DNA of 56,626 nucleotides, filler included, from Asterionella formosa (lineage: Eukaryota), in assembly GCA_002256025.1 (NCBI GenBank). It is 6 parts of 6 records of this genome, joined end to end, with 100 filler letters (N's around TTAATTAATTAA, not from the genome) between each part and the next. Parts side by side here need not be neighbours in the genome. Positions count along the whole stretch, not along the records: positions 9,474 to 18,845 come from NKIB01010741.1; positions 18,946 to 28,298 come from NKIB01010752.1; 4 more parts are not named here. The stretch is one strand, 5' to 3'. Below, in pieces: positions 11,635 to 22,488 of this stretch. The stretch's first letter is position 1. Each line of letters opens with the position of its first letter. The notes under the pieces are model-generated. The model was not told the origin of the DNA and made no database searches. It worked only from the letters and a program-made list of their open reading frames with translations. Both the position numbers and the translations under genes were made by a program.

Positions 11635-12163
11635 CGTATTACCCGTACCGGTAGTTACTGTAAAACTCCAGATTCTTGCTCATCCGTGATCAGCCTCCGT
11701 CATCATCCAGCCAATGATTAATTAGTACTAAAACATCCAAAAGAGCGAGAACAAGCTCCAATTGTTTATAATTATATATATATATATACACCGGTATTAT
11801 TTAGCCTGCTTGAGGTGAAAAAGACATTGGGCTTTGTTCCCCTTCTAGTAAAAACCGTCTTCTACCGCAACGCCCCCAGCTCGTACTATATCATTTATTA
11901 CCAGCATTCTATTGTACTGGAATATGGAACCTTGAAGCATCACGAAAATACATACGGTAGATTATTTTTGTCGTATCGCTCAGCCATGTCACAAAAATAC
12001 CGGCATTTTTTAGTGATGAGCATGTTGCCGACGACAAAGAGGATCACAAAATCGAATTTTGATACACCTTAGTAGCAGCAGTGTGCTATTCTCAACAGTT
12101 CTTCTTATTTTGATATCATATAATATATATATTAATATTCTTGTATTTTATTTATATTCAGAG

Positions 12164-12886
12164 ATGAGATCCTTGACAGCCTCGTTTCTCCTCGCTGGTC
12201 TTACTTCTGCCACCGAACAACTCAATTCATCGACGTATAAGCAGTTCACTACTTCGGGTGAGTTCTATAGAACGTGCGAAAGAGATTGAAGATGGAATGT
12301 GAAGATAAAGAAACACGATCGGCCCAGCTGCACAAGAAACGACACTAATCTTTGCTCGGACCAAAAAACCACAATACTGACTAAAATGTTTCTACGAGTT
12401 TTTCTGATAGGCAAGAATGGTATGATCAAATTCTTTCAACCTTGGTGCAGTCAATGCACTCGAATGAAGCCTGATTGGGACAGATTATCGGAGGAAGCGC
12501 ATCCGTCAGTATTCATTGCCGATGTCAATTGCGAATATGAGCACGATTTTTGCCAAAACGAAGGAATCGAAGGGTTCCCAACCATCAGGGTGTACAAAGA
12601 CGGATCAGTTGACACATATGACGGCGGCAGAGGCTTCGACGCGCTTAGATCATTTGTTGATACAAATTTGGCGCAAAAATGCGACATCGCCAATGTGGTG
12701 GGATCCTGTAGCCCAAAAGCTACCAAGTATGTATCAAAGTGGAAAAGCAAGGATTTTGATTCCATTAAGAACGAACTCATTCGTCTGGAGATCATGGTTG
12801 ACAAAACAATGACTGCAGATTTGAAGGTGTGGCTCCGCGAACGAATATTTATCTTGAAGCAACTCGTCGCCAAGGATGAGCTATAG
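12164..12886 (+). CDS. ER thioredoxin/PDI-like protein with an ERp29-like helical C-domain and KDEL (exons 12164-12257, 12411-12886)
   Basis: Signal peptide MRSLTASFLLAGLTSA. The intron at 12258-12410 (GTGAG..ATAG) gives SGKNGMIKFFQPWCSQC. Also GFPTI and a terminal KDEL. Confidence 0.88.
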
Positions 12887-12936
12887 AAAAACGTTCACCA
12901 GAAAGGCGACGGTTTCTCGCGTGAAAATATATTCAA

Positions 12937-15900
12937 CTAGGATAGTTCAAAACCAGCGCACGATTCGATAGCATAGACCAGACGCTGTTTCAGGATCTTC
13001 TCGCTGCTGTAGGTTGGTAGTTTCAATGTATTGAAACACGTAGAAGCTGTGGGCAATCTGTCACCATCTCGCAGAATACCAACTCTTTGAATTGTAAATG
13101 GAGGGTTCATACTTGCAAAACCCAAGGGGGGAGGTCTCTCGCAGGAAGTGACAAATCGGAGGAGCCTTGATTGCTGCTCACTGGTCAGGCTCGCAACCAC
13201 GCTCCAAAAACGCGATACAGTGGGATCCAGACCGGAAAACCCACCGATGTAGCGAGTGTTTGCTTTCATGTCAGCAACATCAATCCCACCGTCCACAGGT
13301 CCGCTGATCAAAATCTGAAGCTCTGGCTCGTTAAAGATACGTAACCAACTTCGATCGATGACTTCCCACAGACCTCGAGTGAATGCTTCTGACTGCTCCT
13401 TCACCCGATCACATACGTGATACTTTGCCACCAGCCCAATGTACCGTTGCTTATTCAAGTTTGTCACACAAACATCAGACCCATTTGGGATCAAATTGAC
13501 TTCACGGTTTCCCCCAAAGTCGTCATTTGCGACAGTAAATGTGAGGCATAAATCTTCGGCGTCGCCGTCGTATGTTTTCAAAAACATGAGATTGTTATAC
13601 AGCTGGGCATCCATAGTGCCTAGATCAGAAAACATGTGGAGGAAGTTGTATTCACCTCGAAGAAATGAAAGGAAGAAATGAGCAAACTGTGGATGGATTG
13701 TGATCCCTTCGTAGAGAGCTTTACCAAGAATTCGCCCAAGGAATTCGAAAAGAGTTCGGTGTTGGGTACCATGAGCTGCCCCAGATGACGGATTAGGATA
13801 CATACAGTTGGTTCCTCCTTCTGTGACTCGAAACAAGGCATAATTGGGATTGAAAGCGATCGCACTCAAATCGGTCCAAAATTCTTTGAACAAACCACCC
13901 ACGTCAACTCCTGATTCGGCTGCACCTGCTTCGTTCATGTAATACACCACGATTCGTTGTCTCATATTCTTTCCCAGGTTATTCATGGTAGCAATCCCAT
14001 CTTCAAGTACCCTCCCACGCATGATTCGAACAGGAATTCCTGGTTTGAGGCCTGGCTCATTCGAAAATGGATTGTTGTTGTGCTGGCCCTGCATATCGAT
14101 TTTATTCGTTGCGACGATACGCTCGAACAGTTTTAGGCGTCGTTTGAATGAAACAAGAAAGGGGCAAACTCTTAATACTGGTAAACTCAAGAGAGACTCG
14201 TACTCTTGAAAAGTCTTTGCTCGCTTAATTTCGTTGTCAAGCAGATCATCGACGATCCATAGCTTCGGAACACACAACGGCCGTCGACTAGAACGATCGT
14301 ATAGATCACGCATAGTTCTGGCAGATGCCGATATGAGCGACAATCCGAAGTAGTCTGATTCTTGGCCAATTACTCTTGTATCATCGACGCAGCATGCCCG
14401 GTACAACAACCTCTTGAGCAACTGGATACATCTTCGAACTTGGTGGATTGGGAGTGGTTTGTCCATATCAAGGATTTCAACGTCATCGGTGATGATGAGA
14501 GTATGGGAGAAGCAATAGTTGAAGAACAAAAGCTGCACTGCACCGTTGCTCTGCTTGCTACCAGCACCCCACTTCGGGCGAATATTTAGCGACCGAATGG
14601 GTGTAGACCCCTTGCTGGAGTCAACTACAGCATACAATTCAGTGATAATGTCAGTATTTGATTGGGTAAGAGCCCACGTGGTTTGAACAATTGAAGTGGA
14701 AAAGCAGATCGAATTCAATATGGACATCGTACAGGCATCAGATCTCAACGTCGCTCGAGCCTGCTTGTCAAACGATTCTTTATACGGTGAGCCCACTTCA
14801 GAATTTTTCCTGCAAACAACGTCGTCAAGCCCTCCACCTCCCCACCGAGCAAGGATAGTTCCATAAGACCGGCAAAGGGCAAATAAGAAATCAGGATCAT
14901 AAGGTTTTGTTGCGGCAGCCACTTTCGTTCGTTGTTCTGAGCTGGATATCATAGCATTTACCACCGTACGATCATGCGCCCCTTCTCCATTAGCAAGTTT
15001 TCGAGAAACCGAAGACGTGTTGACAAGCATCCCCGGTCCATTCTTTCTGGTCGCCTTCGGCATCGCGAGCTTGCCATCATCCCCTGACAACATTTTCGAC
15101 ACTCCAGTTGTCAGATTTTTGGCCCATTTGCTTGACTTCCAAAATCCCTTCGATCTATCTACTCTCGCTTCCTTCGCTGCGAGACTAGCTGCAGTATCTG
15201 TACTCGTCAAGTCTCGTTCTTGTTTCAAATCTTTATCGTTTTTTGTTTTCAATATGCGTTCCGTTCCTAGAGTATCACCATTTATAGCTGAGAGAAAAAG
15301 GCATCGCACGTATGAATCAACGAGAAATAATTTGCATTGCTCTAACACTATAGGAGATAAAACCACGGGTGTGTGATGGCCGCCATCGGAAATCCACTCT
15401 ACAGCAGACTCTCGAGCAGTAGAAAAGGTCCCAAGAGGTAAGGCATCGACAAGAGTTGCCATGAAGTTAAAAAACAGAGAACCATCCTGATAGTCTATTT
15501 TCACTGAATCATTTCCGTTGATACTGGGACATAATCTTCCTACTTGAACCAGATTCGCCATTAAGCATTGCGTATTAGTTGCGGGACAAGAAGTCAAAGG
15601 AACATCAACCGTAGGCAAAACAGATGCGATTTCGCCAGCTGTCAAAGTGGCACTGTGTTGCTCTGTAAAGGCACGTATAATTTCAAGAAAGACAGGTCTT
15701 GGAGTACCATCAATGAGTTTGATGAAAGAGGCTGACGAGATTTTCCAAGAAAGCAATGGGATAGTCATCACTTCAGCAAGGAAACGAGTCAGTAAGAGGC
15801 GGCGGTTCAGGCCAGAGGAAACAATATCCAATACCATCAGAAACAAGATGTCATTTTGATGTCTGTTTGATGCGAAAAAAGCCTCGCGTCTTTTCGTTGC

Positions 15901-16869
15901 TTCCGCTGGAATTGGATCTCCCTTGCAAAACATGAGGTGGTGGCGCGCAATTGCTATAAAATCCAGGGACGAGCCAACTACACAGTGCGGTATAGTCAAT
16001 TTTGTAACAGGTTTTGTTGTGGGAGCATCTGAGCTGATTGAAAAAAGGATTTGTTGGGATTCTTTTATAACGACTTGACGCGCACCAGACGATTCACAAG
16101 TGACTGTTCTGATGAATGTGTCGATTGTTCTTAGTACGTGATCCTCAACATTCTTTGTAACTGCGACCACCAAAGTAAGCCTCAGCAGCTCCTTTAGTCG
16201 TCTATGTCCCGCCCATGCTAGGATCGGGTCCAAATTAGGATCTGACCCCATTATTCCGGGTAGAATAGCGTATTGAATGATCTGTTGTAGTAGATTCTGA
16301 TCATCAGGTGACCGAAGAACTATCATGGAAGGTTTACCGTTGCGATAGGGTAAACTCCTTGACAGGAACAATAGCTGTCGTACCAAAACGCTCACAGTCG
16401 CAGGTGGAACAATATATTCTGCAGAAGTCTTTTGCTTCAGTAATACTCGGAGGGTCGCTACGTCCTTGAGTCGTAGCGAGAGTAGATGAGCATGATTCTT
16501 CAACAGCGCTAAATTGGACCGGTAGGATCGATAGAAGGACTGAATAATCAAAGAGGATTTAGCTCTCAATTGGTGGTCGTGGCGGACTTGTCTCTGGTGC
16601 AATGCAGCAGCGACAGATGAACTCTTCCCAGCGACAACGGCTGAATCTGGATTTAATGCTTCTGGCTTAGAAGTTGTAATCACTTGAGTGGCCGGTGATA
16701 TCTGTTGGGATGCGCTGGGTGCTGATACTAATGAAATATCAGAGGCATCTTTCGCTGCGGCAGCCTCCTTCGCCTCCTTTTCCTGTTGGTGTTTAAGATT
16801 GCGACGCCTCGCTCTAGCTTCTTCCTGTCGCTTCTTTGCTGCGTTGCCTTTGACTTCTTCGGCAAACAT
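12937..16869 (-). CDS. HECT E3 ubiquitin ligase, UBE3B/UBE3C (UPL6/7)-like
   Basis: 1310-aa ORF with an N-terminal IQ-like motif (IIQSFYRSY). HECT motifs GVDVGGLFKEF, LGRILGKALYEG, LRFVTSC and catalytic LPTASTCFNTLKLP; ends GFELS. Confidence 0.96.
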   Translation of the reverse strand: MFAEEVKGNAAKKRQEEARARRRNLKHQQEKEAKEAAAAKDASDISLVSAPSASQQISPATQVITTSKPEALNPDSAVVAGKSSSVAAALHQRQVRHDHQLRAKSSLIIQSFYRSYRSNLALLKNHAHLLSLRLKDVATLRVLLKQKTSAEYIVPPATVSVLVRQLLFLSRSLPYRNGKPSMIVLRSPDDQNLLQQIIQYAILPGIMGSDPNLDPILAWAGHRRLKELLRLTLVVAVTKNVEDHVLRTIDTFIRTVTCESSGARQVVIKESQQILFSISSDAPTTKPVTKLTIPHCVVGSSLDFIAIARHHLMFCKGDPIPAEATKRREAFFASNRHQNDILFLMVLDIVSSGLNRRLLLTRFLAEVMTIPLLSWKISSASFIKLIDGTPRPVFLEIIRAFTEQHSATLTAGEIASVLPTVDVPLTSCPATNTQCLMANLVQVGRLCPSINGNDSVKIDYQDGSLFFNFMATLVDALPLGTFSTARESAVEWISDGGHHTPVVLSPIVLEQCKLFLVDSYVRCLFLSAINGDTLGTERILKTKNDKDLKQERDLTSTDTAASLAAKEARVDRSKGFWKSSKWAKNLTTGVSKMLSGDDGKLAMPKATRKNGPGMLVNTSSVSRKLANGEGAHDRTVVNAMISSSEQRTKVAAATKPYDPDFLFALCRSYGTILARWGGGGLDDVVCRKNSEVGSPYKESFDKQARATLRSDACTMSILNSICFSTSIVQTTWALTQSNTDIITELYAVVDSSKGSTPIRSLNIRPKWGAGSKQSNGAVQLLFFNYCFSHTLIITDDVEILDMDKPLPIHQVRRCIQLLKRLLYRACCVDDTRVIGQESDYFGLSLISASARTMRDLYDRSSRRPLCVPKLWIVDDLLDNEIKRAKTFQEYESLLSLPVLRVCPFLVSFKRRLKLFERIVATNKIDMQGQHNNNPFSNEPGLKPGIPVRIMRGRVLEDGIATMNNLGKNMRQRIVVYYMNEAGAAESGVDVGGLFKEFWTDLSAIAFNPNYALFRVTEGGTNCMYPNPSSGAAHGTQHRTLFEFLGRILGKALYEGITIHPQFAHFFLSFLRGEYNFLHMFSDLGTMDAQLYNNLMFLKTYDGDAEDLCLTFTVANDDFGGNREVNLIPNGSDVCVTNLNKQRYIGLVAKYHVCDRVKEQSEAFTRGLWEVIDRSWLRIFNEPELQILISGPVDGGIDVADMKANTRYIGGFSGLDPTVSRFWSVVASLTSEQQSRLLRFVTSCERPPPLGFASMNPPFTIQRVGILRDGDRLPTASTCFNTLKLPTYSSEKILKQRLVYAIESCAGFELS

Positions 16870-17166
16870 GACTAAATCTAAGACGGGATTCCTCGCTTCT
16901 CATAAATTACAAATGTCTGATCTGACGATACAATTATTCGCCGTTCTTGACGAGCCGCTTAGAGAGAGAAATGAGTGGAGGATGACAGTCACTTGTTGAC
17001 GAGGATCAAGCCGCTGCGTACTACACGGATGAAATATACATGAAATCAGTCAGTATACTGGTCATTTGTGTACTAGTAGCAAATAGGAGCAATGCCGGTG
17101 TATTACCGACAGTAGCGCAAAATCTCTTCTGCCCTTTCAATGACGGCAGCACCATAAGATACTGCT

Positions 17167-17390
17167 GAAGGCAATACACGCCCGAGGTGGTCTCTTGCCT
17201 GCGAGTATACATGTGTGCGAGGCTGGGTGGCGCGAGTAGGTTGACCGTACGAGTGGCGCCCCCGGCGCTGCGAGAAGGTCACCCTACGAGTGCCATCCCA
17301 GTCGAGTACGCATGTATACGAGAAGGCAAGTAGCCGCCGAGAAGGGTATTGTTGAGGCAATTCCCGCTCTAGCTATCGTAGCGTCATTCG
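17167..17390 (+). repeat. Dispersed repeat copy A, containing a rod-like hairpin (17171-17353) and a possible PPT/LTR junction
   Basis: Aligns by eye with 31504-31690. The arms are self-complementary with ten CGAG motifs in register. Confidence 0.85.
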
Positions 17391-18845
17391 CTTACCTACT
17401 GCCCACAAATTTAGCATAAATGTCAATTTTAGCATACTATTGCCCATCATATAAAATATATTTTGGATATTTCCTATCTTCACCTCGAAAATTGCCAAAG
17501 GTCCGATATTGCCCATCATTAAAATATATTTTGTATATTTCATATGTTCGCATTTTGGCAAGACAACAGACACCAACTGCCCCTCGGTTTTCCAGCCCTG
17601 GGATTGCCGAAATCGGGAAGGGGTCTACTTAAGGAAACTATTTTATATACTATACAGATTCTAATAATTTATATGTAGAATTCACCTCGTTTTTGTTCGT
17701 CTCCTGAAAAGTGGACTCCGGCAATTCACCTTTCACCATGCCAATCGTCGTCCATCATGACCGGTTTGAAGCGAAATCAGTTCCGCGATGACGCCAATAG
17801 CGATTCTTTGCCTAACGGATGCGGTTGATTGTTGGATTGCTTGTCTTCTCGAGGTATTCATGTAGTCGCATCGTCCATATTTCGTCGGACGCACGATGAT
17901 ATCGATACATCTGATGTTGGTGGCAAGTTTTTGCTCCGGTCATGAACCGGTATGTAATGATGCTTAACGGATATTCTACCGGTACCGGCAGTCAACTAGT
18001 CTACATACGTACGTGGTACTAAAAACAACCATGCATGGTTTAAACTATGCTTTAACGCTTACTTTGAACACGTCATAATATTATCTCTGTAGACTCGGCA
18101 TTATTTTTACGAGACCTGAAATGTTGAATTATATCGTTCACATATTCATTGATTTTACGTACCGCATGCCCGATTTCGTCCTCACAAATATAGATCTCAC
18201 TCTATCTTGCCTGCCTTTGCTCTATTCGGGCTTGCAATAGGCAACGTTCGTCTTTCTTTTATACCATCGTCTGCTGCTTGTTATGCTAGTTGAAGCGGAT
18301 CAGTGAGTACAACAGTGAAATACTGAATGTGGATTGTAGATTGTATTTATCGGGCCGACTTTCCGATTTGATTGCTTCCGTGGTTTGATTTGATCGCTTC
18401 CATCGTTGTTTGTCGTTATGCACTGTCGTTTTGTTTCGATTGCACCTATCTACATAAGAACCAATGCATTTATCAATGACTACTCATTGAAGATGTGGTA
18501 TTGTGCCGTTGTTGATTTGTATAGTCATTGACAATGATGTCAATATTGCCGCCAAGCAATGCTTTTCTTGTACTAACGCGCTTTGCTACATTTCTACTGC
18601 GAGTTCGTATCAGAAGCTACATGAATACTCAGCTAGAGAGAGTCAATAGTGCTGGAGCAGCGTGGCAATCACGCTTGCTCAGAATGAAATGATCAGGGTT
18701 GCTTGTTTGGTGGGCGGAGAGGAATGACTGTGGCGGAAATACTGCTACTGGTGTCAGGCTACTACAGCGATGCGCATGGTTGCAGAAACCAGACCATTTA
18801 CGCTACATAACGATGTAGGTCAAGATTGGGTTCAGCTTTTCCCTT

Positions 18846-18945
18846 NNNNNNNNNNNNNNNNNNNNNNNNNNNNNNNNNNNNNNNNNNNNTTAATTAATTA
18901 ANNNNNNNNNNNNNNNNNNNNNNNNNNNNNNNNNNNNNNNNNNNN
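18846..18945. other. Artificial contig-joining spacer
   Basis: N44-TTAATTAATTAA-N44. Confidence 0.98.
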
Positions 18946-20016
18946 CTTTCTACGACTAATCAGAGTTGATTTTTCAACCAAAAAGGGAGTACAAAATCAA
19001 CCGTCAATGCAACCGGGTTGATTTTTTCTTTGTTGTACAATACTGTATTTTCTCGTGATCAAGTACGGAAAAATACCGTCAAGGTATTTTACCATCCGCA
19101 GTAGAACGATACTTGAGGCCTACAGAAAAATACAACCTGGGTTGATTTTTACAAGTAATACCAGGGTACCGGAGCCCTACAGAAAATTACTACTTTGGTA
19201 GAATTTCGTCAATAATGGTACCATGTCCCGAGTAGGACAATACCAGGGGTCAACAGAAAAATACAACTTGGGTTGAATTTTACCAATAACAGGTAGGTAC
19301 CTCCAAGCAAGTTGCATGATGGATGTTCGAAATGCTAGAAAAGCTGCCCATTAAAAGGTACCAGGTACATGTCAAATATACTGAAACCATCTTTTGTGTA
19401 GACCAACAATGGTACAAAATTGAACGCAATTTGCTTTCTACACATTTCTGCGGTGAAAATCATCCACATTTTTCCACCAACAGCCAAAAAAATGAAACAC
19501 GGTACCGGTAGAAGCAATCAAAAATCGCTCCTGACAGGAGAACCGAACGTTCGGAAAAATGTGGACAAAATCCCCGACAGATTTATACCCACCGACCGGT
19601 ACCTACCACCGGTGCTGAAACTAGTTACCAACCATCGGTTCTGAAACTAGATATGTTCCAAATTTGTTTTTCTGTACAGTACTTCCAAGAAGAAGCAAAA
19701 AAATGCCCCAGCTGCCTGTCCAATCATTGCCCGTCACGATGTCGTCACGGGGTCTCCCCAGGACGTTTGAGTTTCTCGAGGCAGGCAGAGCGATCTTGTC
19801 AACCAACACCAGGCGGCATGACAACAATCCTCACTACCGGTACGTAAATAAAACATACTATGTATGGTACTCTGGTACAAAGTACATGTACGATGCACGG
19901 GTATTTGAATACATCACCATCATACCGAACCGGTACATGTGTAGCGATCGTCCAAAGGCAGCAGATCCTTTCTTGCTGCCGCGTACAATCAGGGGACCTG
20001 CCATGCAGCAATCACC

Positions 20017-21167
20017 ATGGTAGCAGGAGCCTCCCACCAGCGGCATTTGGCCCTCACCATCTGCATAGCGCTGTTGCGATTACAGCCCTCTGAAAGCTTC
20101 TCAGTGTCTTCATTGGCTTCAAGGGCGAGAGTGATGACAGTAAGGAATCGCAATAGCAATAGCAATAGCAAAAGCCTGCCGAGTCCATCACGCATGGCGC
20201 TAGTGTCGCTGTCCAGTCATGGCGACGAGGAAGGCGACGCTGTCACTGTGATTGGGAAAGGCACATTACTCGTGGCGAGTGTCTTGCACTTGGAATCGAC
20301 GCTGATCGTGCACGGAACGTTGAAGGTTGCCAAGGTGGAGACTTCGACCAGCAATGACTCGGTCTGTGATGTCACTGTGGGCCCATCAGGGTTGTTGCAA
20401 GGAGATGTGCTCGGGTTCGAGACTGTGCAAGTGTGTGGACGACTTGTAGGAAAAGTCCAATGTGCTCGCCTCATCATTGATGAGCAGGGAGAAGTTGTTG
20501 GAGATGTGCAAGCCGACATTCTGTGAGTTTGTCGATTTCGAACACAGCGTTTCCTTGTGACATGCAGTTTGCCTGTAGCATTACTGCAACCTTGACAATT
20601 TCTCGCATACTCAAACTAAGACTGACTCTTCTTATATCTTTTCTCGTCGTCACACAAATGGACAGTATACTTCGTCCTGGAGGCAGAATTCAAGGGGCCA
20701 TTCATTGCAGTCAAGTTGGGTCGGAGCTCAAGATATTCGAGGAACTCAAGAGGCCACTTCAAATTTCATCTGACTACGCCTCCTCCTCCTCACCTAATCA
20801 TAGAAAGAGAATTTCAATAATGACCAGAGAAAAGGCTGGTGTTGCCCTTCATGCTCGTTCTGACCCTCATCAGCAATTGGGAGTCCAGCCCAACAAGCCA
20901 TCCACAGTGATGGGGAATCCTAACTCACATGAGCCTTCAGCCATATCAAAACCACTTTTAGACCATTTTGGTCATCCATTGATTGGGTCTGCTCCTATGC
21001 ATGATGTGGATGCACTCAGAAAGAATAGGGAACTTGTTCAAGCAACAAGAGCATTTCTAGACAGTGCAATGGCAGTCAAGACCAATGATCAGCATCAATT
21101 TCGTGTAGGCAACACTGACAATGATAATGACACTGACAGTAACCCCCTTCCCGCGTTTTTGCGTTGA
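20017..21167 (+). CDS. Bactofilin (polymer-forming cytoskeletal, CcmA-like) domain protein with a bipartite plastid-type presequence (exons 20017-20522, 20666-21167; 335 aa)
   Basis: Beta-helix pattern TVIGKGT..LIVHGTL..VTVGPSGLLQGDV..VQVCGRLVGKV..LIIDEQGEVVGDV..ILILRPGGRIQGAI. The intron at 20523-20665 (GTGAGT..ACAG) restores the last winding in frame. Confidence 0.82.
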
Positions 21168-22488
21168 AAGAGCAGGCAGCATGAAGGTTTTTTTGTAACA
21201 ACTAGATTTTTACTTGATATATGATTGTTGTGTTCTAATTTAATTAGCCCCTGAAGCCATGGGCTGTAGCTACAAAGTAATGCTGCTTTACTTTGCTCCT
21301 TTTTGATGGTTAGGAACCCTGCATAAAATCTGCTCAGCTTTGAAACTAAAGTTGTTGTATTTTTGCTTCTGCTGCTACATCAATGACCCGTATCATCAGC
21401 AGAAGTACAAACTGGCATGACTATTCATTTAATTCTCAGAATGCCAATCTGGATTAGGAGGACTTTTCACCAAGACAATGTAATTTTTGGTGCAACTGAC
21501 CTACCGGTACTGTATGTATTAGTGAAGTAGCACAAACTCTCACTTTGTTACTGTTCAAAACCATGCTAGACACCCACATCTACTCCAAAAAATGTCAGCA
21601 TGATGGACAATGACCATGAGCATGTATATGCATGGTCACCCTCACTGGTTGAGGCAGGACAACAAGTCCTATACAAGTGGAGCAATCACTATATTGGAAT
21701 GCTCAAAATGGACAATTCCTATCCTATGAAGTATGTAGGTCCTCAAGAACCTCCTAGCCAACCTTGCCTTTCTGAACTATCTGTATTACAATCTTGGTAT
21801 ATTACAACAAATCGATTTATAAATTCATTATACCGGTATACTGTCACGTGTCTGCTCCGAACAATCGAAATCCGTGCTGAAACGGCTCCATACAATTTTG
21901 TGTATAGAATGCATATCGTACAATTACATAGCTACATACCGTTAGCTACTCCAAATAGCAAGTAAACTACCGGGAACAGCATGAGTAACTCGGGTAGCCA
22001 GCCGTTGGTAGTAATTTGAAATGATTGGCCGTTTGTTGCTTCGCATGTGCTTACATGAATGTATTAATATTTTTATAATACTGGTGTATCCAATCAGGAT
22101 TGGCTGGATGCCACCAATGCATATTGCTCGCTCGGCAAGTAGAAGAGCGTTATATTTTAAGTTCCTGGGTTTGGCATGCTACTCTGGAATATACCGGTTC
22201 CGCTTAGTGCAATCGGTATATACGTAGCTATCATTAGGAGACTACCAGTACCGGCACGACTCCTAGCATGACCTGCTTACCGATACTTCAATTCCTTGTT
22301 CTTTCTGCCTCGCTCGTCACTCCAAAGAATAATTCAAATTACAACCGTATGTAGAGCAGCTACCGGTAGCTATGTACCAGTAGGAGCTGTCTTTTCTTGA
22401 CGATACATTCTGGGTAAACTACATAAAACACCTTGAGCAATCTCATTTGCTTCCAGTTCTTTGACAGCAGCTCTTTGCGCCGCCAGCC

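Noticed and set aside
17171..17353. Rod hairpin as a SECIS element or hammerhead ribozyme
   Set aside because: There is no AUGA..AA..GA arrangement behind a selenoprotein CDS and no CUGANGA/GAAA core.
21600..21965. 121-aa ORF between the bactofilin and the membrane protein
   Set aside because: No motifs and an intergenic-like composition.
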